Assembly: GCF_018350175.1 (NCBI RefSeq)
Contig: NC_058368.1
Location: forward strand, 193,008,001 to 193,072,000
Length of the DNA: 64,000 nucleotides
From: Felis catus
Taxonomy: Eukaryota
Reading direction: 5' to 3'
Shown: one piece after another, positions 27,587 through 43,168 of the stretch
Numbering within the stretch: the stretch's first letter is position 1
Layout: the number at the start of each line of letters is the position of its first letter
Made by a program: the position numbers and the translations under genes
The notes under the pieces: generated by a model
Told to the model about the DNA's origin: nothing
Seen by the model: the letters and a program-made list of their open reading frames with translations, nothing else
Databases searched by the model: none

Positions 27587-27800
27587 TAGTAGTTGCCCCT
27601 TATCTGCAGGTGCCCTGTTCCAGGATGTGAGATAATAAAATGCCTGTGTGGTGAGGTGAGGTGAGGTGAAGGATGCAGGCACAGTGATGTAGCTAGCATT
27701 AGGCTACTGTTGACCTCCTGACAACTCAGAAGGAGGAGCATTTGCTTCCATACAGTGGTTGACCGCAGGTAACTAAAACCTCAGATAAGGGGGACGACTG
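27587..27800. mobile_element. MER44/Tigger-like MITE
   Basis: Terminal inverted repeats TAGTAGTTGCCCCTTATC ... GATAAGGGGGACGACTG with TA flanks. Confidence 0.65.
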
Positions 27801-28289
27801 TATATGGTATACTATTTAAAAAACATATATTGTTATATGTTGTACCTTGGAAAAAGCATAAGGAAAGTGAAATGAATAGTGTAAAAAAGGTACATATTTA
27901 GGTACACAAAGCATTGAATTTCTAAATTAATTATCAGTCTCCAAAGCTTGGTACATAGTAGGTACTCAAAAAATGTTTGCAAGTGAACGAATGGTTATTT
28001 CAGAGTGGGCTTGTATGTGTGTGGGTAGTTGCATCTGAATTTTTTTTCTGTGTGTTTTGGGAATGTGTAATGTATGTATATCATATACCCATATGATCCA
28101 GGCTCCATAGTGTTGTATAAATCTACCTTTCTAGCCTTATGCCTTTCCATCATTCTCCATGCTATATTAACTACTTTTTTTGTCCGTGTTCCATGTCCAT
28201 TCTGTTCACACTTCTTCCTGTGTGTTATTTCCACACCCTTGAATTTTCTCATTGACACCTTCACCTGTCACAATCCCAGGTGCTCTTTA

Positions 28290-28610
28290 AGGGAAGCGCT
28301 GCAAGCTCAGACGCCTACAGGGTCTAATCAGGTAACAAGTGAGTCAAGTAGATCTAGGGAACTAGATAACATTTTGACTAAATGGCTCAGCAACTCTTTG
28401 GCTTGAGCTAATTATTACCAGGTCAAAAGTGGGCCCGGTGCTACCAGATATTTCAACTTTAAGGGAAGTTGAAAATCTATATTCATATATATATATCATA
28501 TCTGATTTTTAAGTGTTAGCAATTAGTAGTACAAATGTTTAAACACTGTGCAGGCCAAATAAAAACATTTATAGGCTGGGTTTAGCAGTCATTCCAGTTT
28601 GTGACCACTA
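28290..28610. mobile_element. MER58B-like hAT relic
   Basis: Motifs GCTACCAGAT...GAAAATC and AAACACTGTGCAGGCCAAATAAAA resemble the recalled MER58B consensus. Confidence 0.45.
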
Positions 28611-29089
28611 TTCTATGCTTATTTCAGATACTTCGTACATGAATCATATTGTCTGATTCCAGCAGACTTTTTTTTCTCTGTTCTTTTAGTATTTTATGTG
28701 TATCTCCATTATAGTGCTGTTTCCAAGCTGCCTTAGTTTTTAGTATGTGTGTCTTTTCTAGCACATTAGAAATGTTTTGATGGCTCGGATTGGGTCTAAT
28801 TCTCTATTAGTAAATACTGGTATAAAATATATACCTATATATGCCTAAGGCTTTGGTATGTGTATAAGTATGTACTTGTGAGACACATTGATTTCTCCTC
28901 TGGGAATATTTGGCTATCTTGGAAACCAGCATCTGCTTTTTGTAAAAATACCAGTAGCATCTTGGCTTTAATTGCCAAAGAGATGTACTTATGAAAGGGT
29001 CTGAATTGGTTAACATTGTTATTCAAAAGCTGATTTGATTTAGATGCTATCTGATGGCTTAAATTTCATCATTTTATCTCTCAGAAGTT

Positions 29090-30510
29090 TAAGTAGAAAT
29101 AGTTAATACTAAGATTTTTGAGTGACAGTCAATAAAAGGAAAAATTGATACATTGGATGTCATTGAAATGAAAAACATTTGCTCTGTGAAAGACCCTGCG
29201 AGGAAGATGAAAAAATAAGCTACAGGCTGGGACAAAATATTTGCAAACCACATGTCTGACAAGGGACTTGAATCTATAATACATAAAGAGCTCTCAAAAC
29301 TCAACAGTAAAAAAAAAAAAATCGAATTAGAAAATGAGCAAAAGATACAAATAGGTATTTCACTGAAGAGGCTATCCAGATGGCGAGTAAGCACATGAAG
29401 AGACGTTCTAAATCATTAGCCTTTAGAGGCATGCAGCTTAAAGCCACAGTGAGATTATTATTACACACCTATCAGAATGGCTCAAACAAAGATAAACTGC
29501 CAAATGCTGGTGAGAATGCTAAGAAACTTGGATCACTCACACATCACTGGTGGTAATGTAAAATGGTACAGCTACTCTGGGAAAGAGTGGCAGTTCTTAT
29601 AAAACTGAACAAGTACTTAACGTATGATCCAGCAGTTGTTCCCTTGGTCATTTATTTCAGAGAAATGAAAGCTTATGTTCCCACAAAAAGCTGAATGTTG
29701 ATGTTCGTAGCTGTTTTATTTGTAATAGACCCAAACTGGGAATAGCCCAGGTATCCTTTGATGGGTAAATGGTTAAGCAAACTGAAATACATCCATACCG
29801 AGGAATACTACTCAGCAAAAAAGGGAAGAAACTATTGACACAGTAACTTGATGGATTTTGGGGGACTTAGGCTGAGTGAAAACAATCTCCAAAGGTTACA
29901 TACGGAATGAATCCATTTATATAACATCTTGTGTAGAGAGGGAGAACAGATCAGTGGTTGCTATGGGTTGGTGAGGGTGGGGTGGGATGTGTCTAAAAAA
30001 TGATAACCTATGGGGCGCCTGCGTGGCTCAGTCGGTTAAACGTCTGACTCTTGATTTTGGCTCAGATCATGATCTCTCAGTTCGAGGTTTCGAGCTCTGC
30101 GTTGGGCTCTGTGCTGACAGTGTAGAACCTGCTTGGGATTGTGTCTCTCCCCCTTGCTCTCTGCCCCTCCCCTACTTGCTTGCTCTCTCTCTCTCTCTCT
30201 AAGTATATAAACAGTAAAAAATGGATAACTTGGGATCCTTGTGATTGAACTGTTCTGTATCCTGAGTGTGGTGATGGTCACACAAATCTGTACATATGAT
30301 AAAATTTCATAGAACTGAATACACATACACAAGTGTCTATAAAACTGATGAAATTTGAATATGGTCAGTGGGTTGTATCAGTTTCCTGGTTGTCATATTA
30401 CACTGTGGTTACACAAGTTGTTGCCATTGGAAAAACCTGGGTGGAGGATATTCAGATCTGTCTGTATTTTTTATACCTGCATGTGACTATGATAATCTCA
30501 AGATAAAAAG
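29090..30510 (+). mobile_element. Old L1M 3' fragment (ORF2 end and 3' UTR) interrupted by a SINE
   Basis: Degenerate L1 ORF2 C-terminal region (AAAATATTTGCAAACCAC, AATGTAAAATGGTACAGC, GGAATACTACTCAGCAA). Confidence 0.8.
30012..30200 (+). mobile_element. SINEC inserted in L1
   Basis: GGGGCGCCTGCGTGGCTCAG start, CT tract; degenerate TSD AAAAAATG(G)ATAAC. Confidence 0.88.
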
Positions 30511-30519
30511 CTTAAATAA

Positions 30520-30846
<327 letters not shown>

Positions 30847-30849
30847 TAA

Positions 30850-31071
30850 GGGGCGCCTGGGTGGCGCAGTCGGTTAAGCGTCCGACTTCAGCCAGGTCAC
30901 GATCTCGCGGCCCGTGAGTTCGAGCCCCGCGTCAGGCTCTGGGCTGATGGCTCGGAGCCTGGAGCCTGTTTCCGATTCTGTGTCTCCCTCTCTGTCTGCC
31001 CCTCCCCTGTTCATGCTCTGTCTCTCTCTGTCCCAAAAATAAATAAAAACGTTGGAAAAAAAAAATAAATT
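30850..31071 (+). mobile_element. Young SINEC_Fc-type SINE
   Basis: Near-identical to the 27123 copy; TSD AAAACATTGGAATTAA at 30834-30849 and 31072-31087. Confidence 0.96.
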
Positions 31072-31102
31072 AAAACATTGGAATTAAAAGTTTGGGTTAA
31101 TA

Positions 31103-31309
31103 GGGCACCTGGGTGGCTCAGTCGGTTAAGCGTCTGACTTTGGCTCAGGTCATGATCTCACAGTTCGTGGGTTCGAGCCCCGCGTCAGGCTTGTGCTGAC
31201 AACTCAGAGCCTGGAGCCTGCTTCCAATTCTGTGTCTCCCTCTCTCTCTGCCCCTCCCCTGCTCGTGCTCTGCCTCTCTCTATCTCAAAAATAAACATTA
31301 AAAAAAAAT
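31103..31309 (+). mobile_element. SINEC
   Basis: Full body; TSD AAAAGTTTGGG. Confidence 0.92.
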
Positions 31310-31484
31310 AAAAGTTTGGGCTGAAAGGGTTGTGGAATCAAAACCAATTTAAGATTACCTATTTCTTTTCTTTGAAAGCCATAAAACACAATTTTCTCAG
31401 TTTTATAAATACCTTTAGGAGTAGTTGCCTTTGCTACATGGTGCTTAAATGCAGGTCACATACATCTGTCAGCCAAGCAATACA

Positions 31485-31675
31485 TTTTTTTTTTTTTTTT
31501 GAGAGAGAGGGAGAGCGCACATGTGCGCAGCGGGGAGGGGTAGAGGGACAGGGAGAGAGAATCTTGAACAGGCTGCATGCCCAGTGTGGAGCCCAACGTG
31601 GGGCTCCATTTCAGGACCATGAGATCATGACCTGAGCCGAAATCAAGAAGTTGGACACTCAACTGACTAAGCCTT
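31485..31675 (-). mobile_element. SINEC (older, reverse)
   Basis: T tail, GA tract, GAGATCATGACCTGAGCCGAAATCAAG. Confidence 0.85.
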
Positions 31676-31836
31676 CCTCAGTTTGCCACCAAACAATATG
31701 ATTGTTTAGCTAAATGTTATGTATTTGTTCATCTGTATGTTGGGCTAATAATTAGATACCTTGCCTATATACTCTCTTATTCTCTACTTTTCCATTTTCT
31801 TTTGCCTTTTGTTTTTCTGCCTACTGGGAAGAATAG

Positions 31837-31992
<156 letters not shown>

Positions 31993-32337
31993 TAAAAATG
32001 ACTTTATTGATAATTCCTCTTCCATCTCTACTTAAGGGCTTTACAGTTTAAAAATTGGTCAGGAAGGATAGGCTGGTTTATAGTACACCCAGAGTTTGCA
32101 GCAGCCTTTTCTCATTAGCATTCTTTACTTAGAGTTTCTCATTGACCAAGAATTGTTAATATGAAACTATCTGTGGTGGTGCTGAATCAAGTTTGTTGTT
32201 TTGTTTTGCTTGTTTGTTTGGTAAGATTACACTCCCAAACATTAGTTACGTATGGTCAAAATAGCGTGTCTATGGCTATGGTGATTTTAACCATCTGCAG
32301 GTTTGTTTCTTCAGTTTTGGTGACTAATAGTAAGTAG

Positions 32338-32580
<243 letters not shown>

Positions 32581-33637
32581 TGAGAAAGGGGATTGGACTT
32601 TGACTAACAGGTCTGTGTTCTTTAACCACTTTGCTGACATGGGATGATACTTTATATGTCAAAGGATGGTTACAAACATTAAGGCCATGAGTGTAGAATA
32701 TAAAAGTTGCCTGGTGTTGTGTTTGGCACAATTGAGTATGACCCCAAGAAGAGTTAGCTGAGTTGGACCCTGTTGTGGCACAAAAAATACTTTATTGTGT
32801 TTCGTTTGGAGATTTATTTTTTTGTGTTTGAATATTTATGAGGGTGAAATTTAATTTTGGACACCTGTTTTGATCATTGTACTCTCACTTAAGCCACAAA
32901 GGGAAGAGTTTTGAACCAGGGATCAAGATGGCCTAGGACAAGAAAATAGAAAACTTTTCAGGCCCTAATACTGCTTTCTCCATCTCTCAGGGGCTTTACT
33001 GTCTCCCACTCTTCTCTTTGATCATCTCATTTTTTCTCCCAAACATGCATACTTTTCTAGGACAAAATTTAAAATATGCCATATTTTAGAAAGTTAGATT
33101 TATGGATTTTATGATTTATTTGTATTACTAATTAAATGTAAATTAGATGTGGATATATAATTTACATCTTTATAAGAGTAAAGTTTACTCTTTTTAAGTA
33201 TACGGTTTATGTGTTTTGATGAACATACAGTCCTGTTTACACAATATACTTGCAGTCCACTGTGATATACAGTATAGAATATTTCCTTAATCTGTATAGA
33301 TAATCAAAATATAAGAATATTTTCATCACCCCCCAAAAGACTCCTCATGGCCCTTTGTGGTACTCCCATCACTTACTCTTGTTTTTGGCAACTACTAATC
33401 TGTTTTCTGCCTAAAGTTTGACCTTGTCCAGAAGATCATACACATGGAATCATACAGTATATAGTGTGTTATGACATATATCAGTAGTTTGTTCAAAAGA
33501 CTAGATTTTATTTTTTAAATGAAATGAAGATGAAGAAAAAGCCATGTTAGCTTTCATTTAAAAATGAGTAGTTTAAAATAATAAAACAAAAAGGGCTAAG
33601 GCTATCCTGTGTGTAGGAAGCAGGATCTAATTTTTAA

Positions 33638-33877
<240 letters not shown>

Positions 33878-34199
33878 TGAAAAGCCGTGAGGACTGATTA
33901 CTCTTAAATGAGTCCAAATTGCTGAAGATCAATTACTTTGATCTTAGAGGTAGAGTGGAGCTACTTGGAAACTTTCTTTAAAGAAGTAAAGGACAGAGCA
34001 GAGGATAAAGAATAATAGAGAGACAATGTACATAATATTTTATGGACTATGAGTTCTGAGATTGGTGGCCTAGAAACTCTGCTTTACAAAAATATTCTTC
34101 CCGTAATTGAGTAACTATAGACGATTAGAAACATTTTTTAAAGGATTTTATTGGAAACTTAATGTCTTTCTTACATGAGAATAGATAACTAGTACTTAA

Positions 34200-34790
34200 T
34201 TTTAACTTCTTATTGAAGTAAAACATGTAGAAAAGTGGAATCGTAAGTGCTCAGTTGAATTTTCACAGCATGAACGCAGACTAAGGAACAACATGATGGT
34301 ACATTGTATGTTCCCCTTGTGCCCTCTCCTCGCCATCTCTGATTTTTCCTTTTGCCCATGGTGACCACAATCCTGACTTCTACCATCACAGATTAATTTT
34401 GCCTGCTTTTAAACTTTACATAAATGGAATCATACGGTATAGACTCTGTTGTACTTGGTTTCTTTCACTCAACATTATGTTTGTGTGATTTCTTCATCGT
34501 GTAGTTTGTATGGTGTATTCCATTTTCTTTGCTGTATTCCATTATGTGACTGTACAGCATTTATTTATTCCATGGTTGGTGAGTATTGTGGTTGTTTCCA
34601 GTTTTTAGCTTTTACAAATAGTACTGCCATGGACATTTTGTACGTCTTTTGATGAACCTCTGTACACATTTCTGTTGAGTACTGACAAACAGCTGGCCAC
34701 AGTGGTTGTATCTGTTTACATTCCCACATGCAGTAGATGATTGTTTTCGTTGCTCCATATTCTTGACAGTGCTTGGTATTGTTAGCCACT
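34200..34790 (-). mobile_element. Old L1M 3' relic
   Basis: ATAAATGGAATCATAC, TTTCCAGTTTTTAGC, ACATTCCCAC motifs of L1 3' ends in reverse. Confidence 0.65.
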
Positions 34791-34861
34791 ATTTTATATA
34801 ATCAAACCGTGCAGATGTCTTTTTTCAGTATTCTTGCAATGAAGTTGCATGTGTTTCCTAG

Positions 34862-35056
<195 letters not shown>

Positions 35057-35368
35057 TAGTAGACCTTGTTAGTATTTCTTTCCTTTTGAAAACTTTTCAA
35101 TGATATGTTCATTAAGGCTTTTTTTGGGGTGAGGGGATGAGAGCTCTAATGGTTATAAAAATGCCCAGTTCTTTTTTCCCTACTCTTTATTTTCTGCAGG
35201 AGCCTCTTGTCACTGCAGTAGAAGATGACAAGCCCTTTCAGAGCTGTTGAGTAGATTAATATTTAAAGCACTTTCAAAGAAGCACCTGGTTCCTTGGGTG
35301 TTACTTACCCTGTCCAGATTCGAATTGTGTGTGATCATTTTTTTTTTTTTTTCCCAGCAGCTCCTTAG

Positions 35369-35791
<423 letters not shown>

Positions 35792-36162
35792 TGAAAATAC
35801 TATACCAACACAGACAAACAAACAATGTTTGAACTAACCGCTACAAATGGAATGAGTCAAGTGTTACTTTTCAAAATTTAAACAAAAGGAAGAAAGATTA
35901 ACAAAGAAGTTTTAATAGCACATCTGTTACTTTTCCTTTGCCTTGGTCTTTTTCTTTTTTTTGGTAGTCTCTCTGGCTTAAGCTGCCAATTGGATATGGT
36001 TACCTGTTAGTTTTTAATTGATTCAAGACTGTTTCATTTCCCCCTAATTTATCAGCCATTGTTAAACACTAATAATTTCCAGATGTTTCTGGCTTATATT
36101 ATTTTGGAAGTATAAATTCTCCCTACCTTTATGTAATGACTAGCCTCTTGTATTATTCTTAA

Positions 36163-36471
<309 letters not shown>

Positions 36472-37216
36472 TGAAATATATTATTTTCTCTCCAGTTATA
36501 CTAGCCTGACTTTACTTTTTTGCTGCCTTGCCCCTGACCAGGCATTGATACGAGCAGTCGGCCTTATGTGCATATTTTTGTCCCACTCCCCCTCTGCTCT
36601 GCCCTTGACCCCCAAGATCGTTGTGGCTTCTCCAGGTCTAATCTTGTAGCTCATATCTCTGCCTGCTTTTTTGTTTAGAGAGTTTCCCTTGTTAGATTTG
36701 TGCCTCAGTCTGGCTGGTCATCCCTATGAGTTTTATATCCCTAGATACTGCTTCTGTGCCTCTCTGACTCCTGTGATCCCTGTCCTCATCTTGAATTCAG
36801 GCATGTAGGTTGGGAGTTATCCAAAATGCAGGTGATAATTTGTCTTTTTATTTTCAAAAGTTTTTTTGTGTGTGTGCCATATTTTTAATATCTGCATATT
36901 CTCCAAAGTTTAAGTGTAGTAGCTACTCATTTTTGCAAAATTATCAGGAAACAAGTTTGTTTACGTAAAGCCTAATCTCTAGTCAACAGAATCTTAACCT
37001 TTGAGAGTTTTATTTTAAAGATTAGATGGAAATGTTTCTAATATGTCTTACATGCTACTTTTTTAGTAGAATCTAATGAGTGTAGGTTTTTGCCTCCCCG
37101 CCCCCCTTTTTCCTTTTAATGAAGCAATCAGTTAACAAATATTAAAAGTGAATAGAAAAATTCCCTCAGGGTCCATCAAGACACATGGGCCAATCACCCA
37201 TGTGGTAGATTAAATC

Positions 37217-38103
37217 AGTGCTTTGGAGAGTGTGGTCTGCAGAATCTTGGGTCTCTAAGGTCTCTTCAGGGAATCCAGGAGTCAAAACTCTGCATGATAA
37301 ATTTGACAATTTCATATTAAAAAAATAAAATGATTAAAAAAACTCTGCATACTAATACCAAGACGTTATTTTCTTTTCTGTTTAAAAAATGTATGATTTT
37401 GACATTTGCACTGATGGTGCAAAAGCAGTGGTGGGTAAAATTACTGGCTTCTTAACATAAGACAGTGGCACCGAACTGTACTAATACTGTATTTTCACCA
37501 CCATGCATTCCCTGCCAGTTTCATTTAATCTTGTTCTCATGTAGCAATTGTTAATCTTATTAAGTCTTGACCCTTGAATACATTACTTTTCGTATTTTGT
37601 GTGATACATACTGAAGTCTCAAGGAAAAGCACTGGTATTGTGTAAGTTGGAAGCTGAAGTAGCTGTTTTTTTCATGGAACACCTTTTTTTTTTTTTTTTA
37701 ATATTGCAGTAAAAAAAAAAAGATTGCAGTCACAGACTGTTCAGAGTAGGATGTACTTAAAACAACACATCACCACAGATTAAATGTAAAAGCAGACAAA
37801 AGAATCCAGTTGTCTTTAAGTTAGGCATCAAAGAGATTTGTAGAGATATGAAATAATGGCATTCATCTCACTAAAAGTTTTCTTTTTTGGAAGATACAGT
37901 TTTTCTTAAAAATTATGTCAACAAGTAGTGGGTTTATTGTTGTTATTTTTAAACAATTGATAAGTATTTCAAACATTTTAATTTTAATTTTTAATATGAT
38001 AAATGTTGAGATCTATAGCTTACATTATAAAAGACTCTTTGGAGTTGTCAAAAAGTTCTGAGTGTAAAGGGATGCTGAGACCAAAATGTTTTTGAGAACT
38101 GCT
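37217..38103 (+). mobile_element. Charlie1a-like hAT DNA transposon relic
   Basis: Ends homologous to 24203-24660; internal TTTGCACTGATGGTGCAAAAGCA motif. Confidence 0.7.
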
Positions 38104-38252
38104 ATATTAAATTATCTAAACTGCTTTGCTTTTGGAAATGTCTCTGTTACTTTTTAGAATTGTGTGCATCTTTATTTCCTTCTGACTGTCCATCTTTTAA
38201 TTCTCTTCATTATCAGCTTGTATTTCTAATATTCTTTGAATCTCATTTTCAG

Positions 38253-38478
38253 TTTTTTTTTTTTAACATTTGGTTTTGAGAGAGAGAGAGAGCACACGTG
38301 CACATGCATGCACATGCAAGCTGGGGAGGGGCAGAGAGAGGGAGACAGAGGATCTGAAGCAGGCTCCACGCTGTAAGCACAGGGCCCAATGCAGGGCTCG
38401 AACTCACAAACCGTGAGATCGTGACCTGAGCTGAAATCACGAGTTGGCTACTTAACTGACTGAGCCACCCAGGCACCC
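38253..38478 (-). mobile_element. SINEC
   Basis: Reverse body; TSD TGAATCTCATTTTC. Confidence 0.9.
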
Positions 38479-39457
38479 CTGAATCTCATTTTCTGTGTCT
38501 AATCTGGTGGAAAACCAGTTAACTAGCCATATTCAAGCTGTGTACTGAAAGCAGGGCACTTTGAGTGAGAGTCTTAGGGTCTTTCTTTTGAGAGAAGGAA
38601 GTAAAGTGGAATGCATGGATTTTATACTAAGAGAGCCTTTTTCTTTTTTGTTCCCATTTGTGTTCTGCACTGCATTCTAAGAAGTCAAATTGGCTGGTTA
38701 TATAACCTCTTACTATTCACTCTATGTAAAGATACTGGTCCTGATATGAAATGGCTCTTGAATATAAGTTTTTAAATCTTACCTGCAGCATTGAGGATTC
38801 AGTATAGAATGGTGGGTTTATAAAGGATGGGTTTTGGAGTTAGATCTGGATTCAAATTCAAGATCTGCTGTTTCCTAAGCCGTGTGACCTTGGAGAATTA
38901 CTTAACACTGAACTTCTGTTTTATCAGCTATAAGAGGATGCTAATTCCTCTCAGCTTGTTATAAGGCCTAATGAAATATTTAATATATGACACATAGTAA
39001 GCACTCAATAAATGGTGGCTGCTATTTTCATGATTAGGATGGCATAAGTAAATAGATGAAGGTCTATACTTAGCAGGAAACCCCTAAATTAAACTTGATT
39101 TACGTAAGTTGCTCTGTTGTTCTCAACTAAGCTCTAGAGTGACAATCCCCAGTTATTTATAAACTTAATTTATTTTTACACAGTACCATTAACAGTATTT
39201 GTTCAATTTAGTCAACATCTGGCTTTGCATAGTAATCAGAAAACCTGATCTTTAAATACCATTCTGAGGACTCTAATGGAGTTTCTGAACAGATGGATTT
39301 GTATCTATGACTTTTTTCTCCCCTACCTGTTTGCCAGAGATCAGGACTCTGAAAAGAAAGCAGTGTAGTGCTATTCCCAACAGCTTTCCCCAGTGGTTTT
39401 GGATGAAAATGCAACACTGTCCTTGGTATTTAATTACAGCTCAATGAAGATGTTAAA

Positions 39458-39493
39458 AACAACAACAACAACCACAACAACAACAACAACAAC
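39458..39493. repeat. (CAA)n microsatellite
   Basis: Interrupted CAA run. Confidence 0.85.
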
Positions 39494-39759
39494 CAAAATG
39501 GTGGTAGCAGAGGGGAGAGAAAAACATAGAATCTGGTTCTGATGACATTGGTCATCTTCATTTTCTGTCAGCATCCTTAGCTCTTGCCCCTCTGTCTTAT
39601 GCATCTGATCCCTTTGCCTCAGCAGGAGAAGACCCCAGCCTCTCCAGGGTCCCTCCAGAGCACTAGCCCTGCCTCCTTCCCATCCTCACACTTTTATTCT
39701 AATGCAGCAACTACTTTTTATACTCAGGTCTGTAGGGAGTACATGACAGGATCTTCAAA

Positions 39760-40077
39760 TGTTTGTTTATTTTTGAGAGAGAGAGAGAGAGAGAATGAAT
39801 GTGAATGGGGGAGGGACAGAGAAAGAGGGAGACACAGAATCTGAAACAGGCTCCGGGGCCTGAACTGTCAGCAAGGAGCCTGTTGTGGGACTCGAACCCA
39901 CAAACAGAGATCATGACCTGATCTGACACTTAACAAACTGAGCCACCCAGGCGCCCGTCCAAACATTTTTTATGTATTTATTTTTTATCAGTAATCTCTA
40001 CACCCATTGTGGGGCTCGAGCTCATGACCCTGAGATCAAGTCACATGCTCTACCCACTGAGGCAGCCAGGTGCCACC
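39760..40077 (-). mobile_element. Two tandem reverse SINECs (one full, one short/older type)
   Basis: Two CCAGG(C/T)GCC ends at about 39957 and 40075. Confidence 0.85.
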
Positions 40078-40837
40078 TCCAAATGTTTTTTGATCAACAC
40101 TTAGTAAGCAGTAAGTTTTTTTGAGCACTGAGAACTAATGTATGTATATTTGATGATTATAAATTACACACATGTAATACTGTAATAACATATTTACATT
40201 TTAAAGTATACCCTCAAATAGAATTTTTTTTAAAAAAATGAGACAAATATCTATAAATAAAAGTTCTGTTTTCCCCCTGTACTCCAATTGGATTATTTCT
40301 TGAACCCCTTGAGGTACATGCATCCTAGCATGGATTCAGAGTCCTCTCTTGCTCCCAAATAATTTAGGAGCATTGCTAGGAAAACAAAATGCCTGTCAGA
40401 CTTTAGGTTTTTAGATAGTAGGATTTGATTAGGAGTTGTGTAGAGGACTTACATAGGTTACAGCTGTAATATTTAGTGAGATCAACTTTCCCCAAACTAT
40501 AGTGTACCTGGGATCACCAGACCATTTGCATTTTCTGCCTTGAACACCAAGAAGACAAAAGGATAGCAGATGGAGATAAAAGAACCAAGATGGAATTTTT
40601 TTTCTAAGGGTTTTGGGGAGAAAACGGGTATGAAGAAATAATGATTTGCCCTAGTAAACCATGAACTGGTGACTAAGAAACACTTCTGTAGATTGTAAGT
40701 GCTAAAAGATTTCTATAAATAAGAGTTCTCCCTACATTGTGTGGTTACAAGAAGCTTTGGTCTGAGAAAATGAAGTAGGATTTAGATGAGTAGAGCAGAA
40801 AATAGCATTTCCTGCCATTTGGATGTGTTGTTTTTCT

Positions 40838-40871
<34 letters not shown>

Positions 40872-41626
40872 TATATCTTACGTATTTGCTTGTATGTTTC
40901 TCAAATATAAGTATTCCGTGTTCCCCATCATATCTTACCAGGCTTATTTAACCAACAGCTTTCTTACCATCCTTCCAACATTCTGGAATCCCTTTCCTCT
41001 TCCCTTTCTTCTTATCCATCATTATTTCTTACCTGGACCCTGGATTATTACCTCAGCCTTTCTGCCTTCCTTCTTATTCCCACCTCCACCCGGGAGCCAA
41101 AGTGGATCTTTCTAAAATTTAAATCGGACATAATCTGTGTCTGTTTAAAATCATTCAATGTCTCCTCACTCCCTCAGTAAAAAGTTTGATTTCCTCTCCA
41201 TAGGTTTTAAGGCCCTCTTTTGCCTAGATCCTACTTAACTTTCTAGCTTCACTTTTATCTCTCTTCTCTCTCTGAAATTGAGACTCTCCCAGATATATTA
41301 AACGTGCGGTCATGATCTTTGTATTTGTTTTTGCTACCTGAAACTCTTCTTTTTCTCCTGGCTAAGTTGTACCCATTTTTTATGTCCCGACTTGAAGTCC
41401 ATTTTCTTTGAAGCACATGCATGGTACCTGCTTAGTACTCTGCTTTCACCTGTTCTCATTCATACTTCTGGAATAGAACAGAGAGCACTGGATTTGAACT
41501 GGGGTGGGAAGGCCAAGTATTTGCTATTAGGAGAAATAACCCCTCCAAGTCTTAGTTTCTTTATCTCTAAAATGGGATGATGACCCTCTTTACAAGCCCA
41601 TTGGGAGAATTTGTTGGTGCATGTAG

Positions 41627-41896
<270 letters not shown>

Positions 41897-42949
41897 TGAT
41901 TTTCACTTTTTTTACTTGTGTCAATTTAATGGATAAAGAATGTAAGGTTATGACTTTCTGGCAAGGATGTCACCAAATTGGGAGCTGTATTCTGAGTTCT
42001 GTGCCTTCTGCCTGCCTCCTGCTCTCACAGGTTAACATGCAAATTTCACATCTGCCCTGCCTGCCCCCCACATCTGCCATCCTCACCTGTTTTCATTTGG
42101 AACACTTGCTTATTTGAAAGCTCAAATCAGGTCACAGTGTTGGCAGTACGCACCAGCCTTCGTGATACCAGTGGGTTCGCCTTTATGGAGGCCTCACTGT
42201 TGTCAGGGCTCTGAGTGATCCAAGGATGATGGAATGTGGCCTCTGCCCTTATAGGGCTGGATGGAAGGTAATGATTTCCCAGAGCCCAGTGACCAGTTAG
42301 CATGTGAAAATGAGCCTCCCGTGGCCTATGCCTGGGTCTTTGATGGTGATGCCTGAGCTGTTTTTACACGTATGAAACATGGAGGGCCTTTAGTCAAAGT
42401 AGGTAGGGAGCACCTGTTTCCAGAGCAGTACTCATAGAGCATACTTGCCAGTCCAGCTCATGGGACACTATCCACTTGATCTCGGGCTGCTTGCCATCTC
42501 TTCACCTACCTCTCCCAATCTCCAGAAACATCTCTGGACCAGGTAGCAGCAGATGCACATTGCTTCCTGGCCAGGATAGCCACCACAGTCACCTGCATAC
42601 CGTAGGGTAAGGAATGTGATGCTTGATTTTGTTATCTCACTCTCCTTGCCCAGTGAAAAGGCTGCACTCCACAAGCTATGCAGTCACCCCCCAGGCAGCT
42701 CATCTTCCTCATCTCCACTATAGCGCTTGACTATAGCACTTTTTAGCTTGTATCATAGTGTTTTTTTTTGAGTTGGAAATATCAAACTTAGAGAAAAGTT
42801 GCATAAATAATGCAAAGAAATTCATATGTCTTTTATGCAAATATGTCTATTATTAACATATATATATAATTTATACATTTAATCATTCGTATTTGAGCAT
42901 TTGTTCTCTTGTTACCTCTCGCTCTCCCCCCCCCCGTCCTTTCCCTTTC

Positions 42950-43168
42950 TTTTTTTTTTTTTTTTATGTTTCTTTATTTTTGAGACAGAGAGAGACAGAG
43001 CATGAATGGGGGAGGGGCAGAGAGAGAGGGAGACACAGAATCAGAGGCAGGCTCCAGGCTCTGAGCCGTCAGCCCAGAGCCTGACGTGGGGCTCGAACTC
43101 ACAAACCGTGAGATCGTGACCTGAGCTGAAGTCGGACGCTCAACCGACTGAGCCACCCAGGCGCCCCC
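42950..43168 (-). mobile_element. SINEC (within an old L1M relic spanning about 42760-44900)
   Basis: Reverse body; TSD TTTCCCTTTCTT. Confidence 0.92.
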
